From contig OZ024740.1 of assembly GCA_964016885.1 (NCBI GenBank), forward strand, positions 234,856,001 through 234,920,000: a stretch of DNA of 64,000 bases, in the 5' to 3' direction. The DNA is from Eledone cirrhosa (taxonomy: Eukaryota). Position 1 is the stretch's first letter. The number at the start of each line of letters is the position of its first letter. Below the pieces are notes generated by a model, which searched no databases, was not told where the DNA came from, and saw only the letters and a program-made list of their open reading frames with translations. A program made the translations under genes and the position numbers. Shown piece after piece: positions 59,166-64,000 of the stretch.

Positions 59166-59487
59166 GATGACTTCTGTATTATCACATACATCTACGGATT
59201 TATCCATTATCGGGCGTAATTGTAATGCCATGCTAATTTTATCATTTCTTTTTGGTTTGGTTTTTATTACGATGAAAGAAATTATGATATACAATGTTTG
59301 CCTCATCCACCCCACCTTCCACCAGGACGCCGGACCACTACCCCTATTTTCTCCTTATTATTCATATTTTTATTTTTTATTTTGTAATTTCTTCCTAACG
59401 TTATTTCAATTATCATTTATTTAATTTTATTTTTTTTGCATTTTTCATTCGTTAACGTTTTTTTCTTTGCCATTTTTCTTTTGTGTT

Positions 59488-59524
59488 ATTCCTGATGAAG
59501 GGCAAAAGGCCCGATACGTTGACT
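59488..59524 (+). ncRNA. Degenerate minimal hammerhead
   Basis: ATTC-CTGATGA-A-GGGC-AAAAG-GCCC-GATA(for GAAA)-CG-TT/GACT. Confidence 0.5.
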
Positions 59525-59950
59525 GTGTAACTTTTTCTCCAACCCTCCAATCGTGAAACTAATACACTTTATGTTATTGCATCCTCTTGTACGTTCGTTT
59601 CGTGTTTCTTTGACTTATATATATATATATATATACACAAATATTACACAAATCTGACCCTCCCCAAGTATAACAATATTTGTTTCGACACACGATTTCA
59701 TATCAAAAAGCTCGCAAAACTAATTCATCGCCGTTATGGCATTAGCTTGTGCCAAGCTGAAAAGTTATTGAAAGACACTGTTTTCTGTTATATAAAAACT
59801 ACAATAACAACAGAACAAATCCGCTTCTTAAAACACTGTGTTTCCTTCTAAATATACACAACAAACATATCAAGACAAGTAAATAATGCTGAACGACTAA
59901 AACACACAATAACAGTTAATATGAAAAGAACAACATACACAAAAGTTAAC

Positions 59951-62900
59951 GTGTTTTATTTTTATGTTTAGAGGTTGTATGGTGGACCCTGGGGTGACTC
60001 GGGTACCCCACCAATCCTGAACCACCCTGCGTTTCTAGGGCACCTAGGGAGAGCACCCCTCTCCTCAAGTTAGCTAGCCTATAGGCGCATGGTCAGAGTA
60101 GGTCCATTCACACGAGCCATTCTCGCCACATTCACCCACCTTTTAGCAAATGTACTGGGGGGCAGCACTTCTCTCTCCACCCTCACCTTCCTTTCCAGGT
60201 GAAATTTGAAGAAGTTGATGAGGGATTGGCCGAAGAGAAAAGTGTCTGTCTTTACTCCTTTCAACCTGGTCCACCATACAACCTCTTTTGCAACTGCCAC
60301 CAGACAGAGGAAAATTTCCTGCTCTTCCTGACCTAAGGAAGGCGGTGGATCGATCTTCACTATGGACTCGGCCGATAGCCGGATTCGTTCCACACGCGAC
60401 AGTAGCTGTTCGACATAACTCCACAAGTCAGTAATGCACGGACATTGGACAAGTGCGTGCAGAACGGTTTCGTCGTTCTGTGCGCATCTTGGGCAGGTCC
60501 GTCTGACAGCACTTCCGTGCCTGTAGAGTTTATCCCGAACCGGCAGTGCCCCCCCCCCCCCGGTAGCACTGCCAAGCGAGGGATTTCTGGAAATTGTCCA
60601 TCGTCCCCGGCTCAAAAGTACTCCGGTACAGACTGGTCAGTTCGACTTCGTCGAGGCCCAAAGCTTCTCCGAGTGCGTCATCGCACTTGCCCACCACTAA
60701 TCCTCTATAGAACTCGAGAGTGGAAGTTCCACTGATCGCATTACCCGCTTGGTAGAGGGCAGTGAGTGCCTGGCAACATTCCAGGTGCCAGTCACCCAGT
60801 CTCGGTCTCTTCTTGACCCAGGACTGCAGCTCAGTCAAAGAAATGAGCTGCGGAAAGGCCCGTCTGATAAACGGCGACCACACCTGTTCACCGTTGAGGC
60901 AGAATATCTGGAGATGTCGCAGCCTCAACGCATGTCTGCGTATCATTAGCCACGGCATGCCCAGCCCTCCGCGTAGAGGGTGCTGGCAACAGATGGACCG
61001 CCTCACCAACGGAACTTGTCCCCTCCACAAGAATTTGAAGAGGAGCCGTTCCAACTTGACGAGGCGCGGACGGGGGCAAGGCACGACGGTCAGGCGGTAG
61101 TAGATGACGGACGCGATGTACGCATTCGCCACCTCCGCGCGACCTTTCAGTGATAACTTCCTCCCAGCCCATTTTTGGGTGAGACTGGCTACTCTGCTCG
61201 TTACCTCGTCCCAATTCTTTTCCACCTGGAGGTCTGGTCCGAACCAAACCCCGAGCAACTTTACCGGTCCGTCGTCCAGCGTCCCACGACGCTGTTGGAC
61301 GGCATGGGCTTGCCTCTCCAGGTTCCGAGCTGCAAGCCCACCGACTTTTCCGGGTTAAGTTTGGCTCCTGTCAACCTTTCATATTCCTTCAATAAGGTGC
61401 CGACCACCTCGATTTCTGAGGTGTTCGACACCATCACGGTGATGTCGTTCACATAAGCCGACACCGCCTTTCCACGTCCCGATTCGAGCGGGATGCCCTG
61501 CAACAGCTCCAGCTTCCACAGTAAAGGCTCGAGCGTCAATACGTACAGAAGAGAAGAGAGAGGGCACCCTTGACGGACCGATCGGGAGAGCCGAAATGGT
61601 TCCGAGAGGTGGCCATTAACCTTTACCACCGAGCATGTGTCGCTGTGCATTGCAACGATCCAGCTTCTAAAGACAGGGCCGAAGCCAGCTGCTTTGAGGA
61701 CAAACTCCAGATACCGATGGTCGACCCTATCGAATGCTTTCGATTGATCTAAATTGATCAGTGCCCTACCGGAGCCAGGTTTACACCCTACCCTCTCTAT
61801 TATGTATCGCATGAGGTGGAGATTGTCGTGTATGGACCTGGCTAGGATTGCGCAAGTTTGCGCCTCCAAATCCTCGACGACAAGCGCCAATCTCTTTACT
61901 AACACCTTGGCCAAAATCTTAAACTCTGTGTTGAGCAGAGTTATGGGCCTGAAGTTGTCTAATGTATCCCTCTTGTTCTCGTCTTTCCTTATCAGCGTCA
62001 CCACTCCCCTGCTCACAGAACTGGGAATACTCCCATTCTGCTGCCAGTTGCAGTAGAGTGCTTCGAGGAGTTCGGAGAACAAGTCTGGCATATTTACGTA
62101 AAACTCGTAGGGCAGGCCATCCAAACCGGGTGACTTGCGCCTCATGCAGCCGACAAGGGCGTCCTGAATTTCGGCTGAAGTAATCGGTCTTGCGCAGCGC
62201 TCAGCGTCGACCGTCGAGATGCGCGGCAAACCGTCAAGGTAGGGACTGATATCCGCTACTCTCTCTGACTCACCACTCTCCCCGAACAACCGAGCAAAGT
62301 GCTGGCGAAAGGCCTCACACATCTGCTTGGAATCGCTTATCTCGTGTCCGTCTCGGTCCGCCAACGACAGAATTGTGGTTTTATTACCACGCGGGCCCAT
62401 CGAAAAGCTTTGGTTCCCTCGTTTCTCAGCGCACGCGCCTTAGCTCTGACAATGCAACCTTCGTGCTTGGCATTGAAGAAATGGTCTAATGCCATTCTCG
62501 CCGCTAGCACGTCAGCTGCAATGCCACTACGAATAGCCTCGTCTAACTTATCTACGAGCTCCCCCGCCTTTCTATTTTTCTCTAACGCTAGTTCTTTGCT
62601 GAACCCTATCGAAGTTACTCTAATCTCTCTTTTGAGAGCCCCCCACTATCTGTTGTTGATGATCCCCCCTGTCAACTTTTGCTTAACTAAATTGTTGACT
62701 CGGTCCCTGTAAGCCTTACGTGCCGGAAATGACATGTTCAGCTTCCAGTAACCCGGTCCTAACCTACGCGTTTTATCTAGGTCGACCGTACAGATCACAA
62801 ATTTGTGATCTGAATAGGCGACCATTTTAAAAAGTGGGCAGCCCACACTATTTCTATCTATTTTCCTAATGAAGATCCTGTCTATATACGATCTAGATGA

Positions 62901-64000
62901 CCCCATTCGGTTGGTCCATGTCCACATTGGCACATTGGGGAAATCTAGTCGATACTTGTCAGACAGTTGGAACTGGCTGAGTAGGTGCTTGAGGCTTTTG
63001 CAACCCCCCCCCCCGCTCCTATCAGCTACTCCCACACAATCCCAGCGTGCGTCTAAGATGCCATTACAGTCCCCCGCTAACAGTAAAGGGCGAGACGTAC
63101 CCAGAAAGGTCTCCAGGCGCCTAAAGAAGTCCGGTCGTCCGGCCCCTGTAGGGGCGTAGATGGCCAGCAGTCTAAAGGCACCACCTTCGCTACTGCTCAC
63201 ATCCAAGACCACCAACTTACCATCCGGGTCCCGGAAGATCGACCTTACCACGAGATCCAGTCCTTTCCTAAACAGCACTGCCACCCACCCCCATTCCCGG
63301 TCTGCTAACAGATGCGAAGATCTGATAGTCATCGAAAATGGGGGCTAGTGCGCGCGTGTCGGAAATTCTGGTCTCGCTGACGGCAATCACATCCATTTCC
63401 AGCGACCTGAGGTCGTTGAGCAGGCGACCCTGCTTCCAGGGTGACCCCAGGCCGCGAACATTTAAACTTCCTACTCTTAATATGGCCATATTGGTAAGCT
63501 AAGAGAGAGAGGGAAGGTTTACTTACCTGCCGGGGTCTTGTGAAGGTCGGGTTGTTCGACCTCCATGGTTGGTGGGGTTTCTTTTGGGAACCCCTTTAAA
63601 AGTCTTGATGTGGGTTTCACATTCGGGGTTCCCACGTCTTGAGGAAAACTCTCTCGAATTTCTTTGAAGGAATTGAGTGACATTCGGACCAGAAGCAAAT
63701 CTTCTGGCACGCAAAATGTGCTCATTTCAAAAATCTCCCCCTCTGTTTGAATGTCCTCGCTTCGTGCTAAGAGGGCCATCAGTTTATCGATGGCCCTTCT
63801 GACAAGCACGAAGTTTTTAACATTTTGTTGGTGTGGTTTTATTTGTCTTCGTTTTGGTGACTGTGGTGGTGATGGTTTTGGTGGTGTTGTTTCGGGTATG
63901 TCTGTGTTTGTTGCAGGTAATAATAGAAACATTAACGACAGACACAGCAGCAGAGACCACAGTAGTAATAACGGTAACAATACGAGTAACAACAACAACA
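59951..64000 (-). mobile_element. Near full-length Tx1/L1-clade LINE: end of ORF1 (63519-64000) and frameshifted ORF2 (63489-60079; APE endonuclease, RT, C-terminal Cys-His domain)
   Basis: MAILRVGSLNVRGL..SET, YAP, LAGDCN, IDRIF, SDH, GYWKLN, KSPGLDG, NFRPITLLN, LDQSKAFDRVDH, VRQGCPLS, AYVND, CPRC...ETVLHALVQC; several frameshifts, some at G/C homopolymers. Confidence 0.95.

Overview
AT-rich, microsatellite-dense eukaryotic genomic DNA. The SINE families and the (TA)n/(CA)n/(TACA)n load resemble octopus/cephalopod genomes; this is an inference. Most ORF-track entries are microsatellite artefacts. The only credible host coding sequence is a minus-strand exon (20941-21431) that starts a single-pass membrane protein; there is also a decayed tRNA-Thr(UGU). 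The rest is transposable-element debris: a mariner fossil, Tx1/L1-clade LINEs, RTE LINEs, two CRE-type RLE LINEs, a CR1-like 3' end, a non-autonomous Helitron, piggyBac/hAT/Tc1-pogo MITEs and many tRNA-derived SINEs. The most notable unannotated signal is a set of fold-back (inverted-repeat) insertions, mostly beside (TA)n tracts. At least six carry minimal type I hammerhead-ribozyme motifs oriented with the element 3' ends pointing outward, and several solo hammerhead-like motifs also occur. The best case (3872-4692) is a TSD-flanked, non-coding, ~424-nt-period unit with an intact hammerhead, i.e. a retrozyme/Penelope-pLTR-like element nested in a piggyBac-type MITE. All RNA folds were read by eye and need computational and experimental confirmation.
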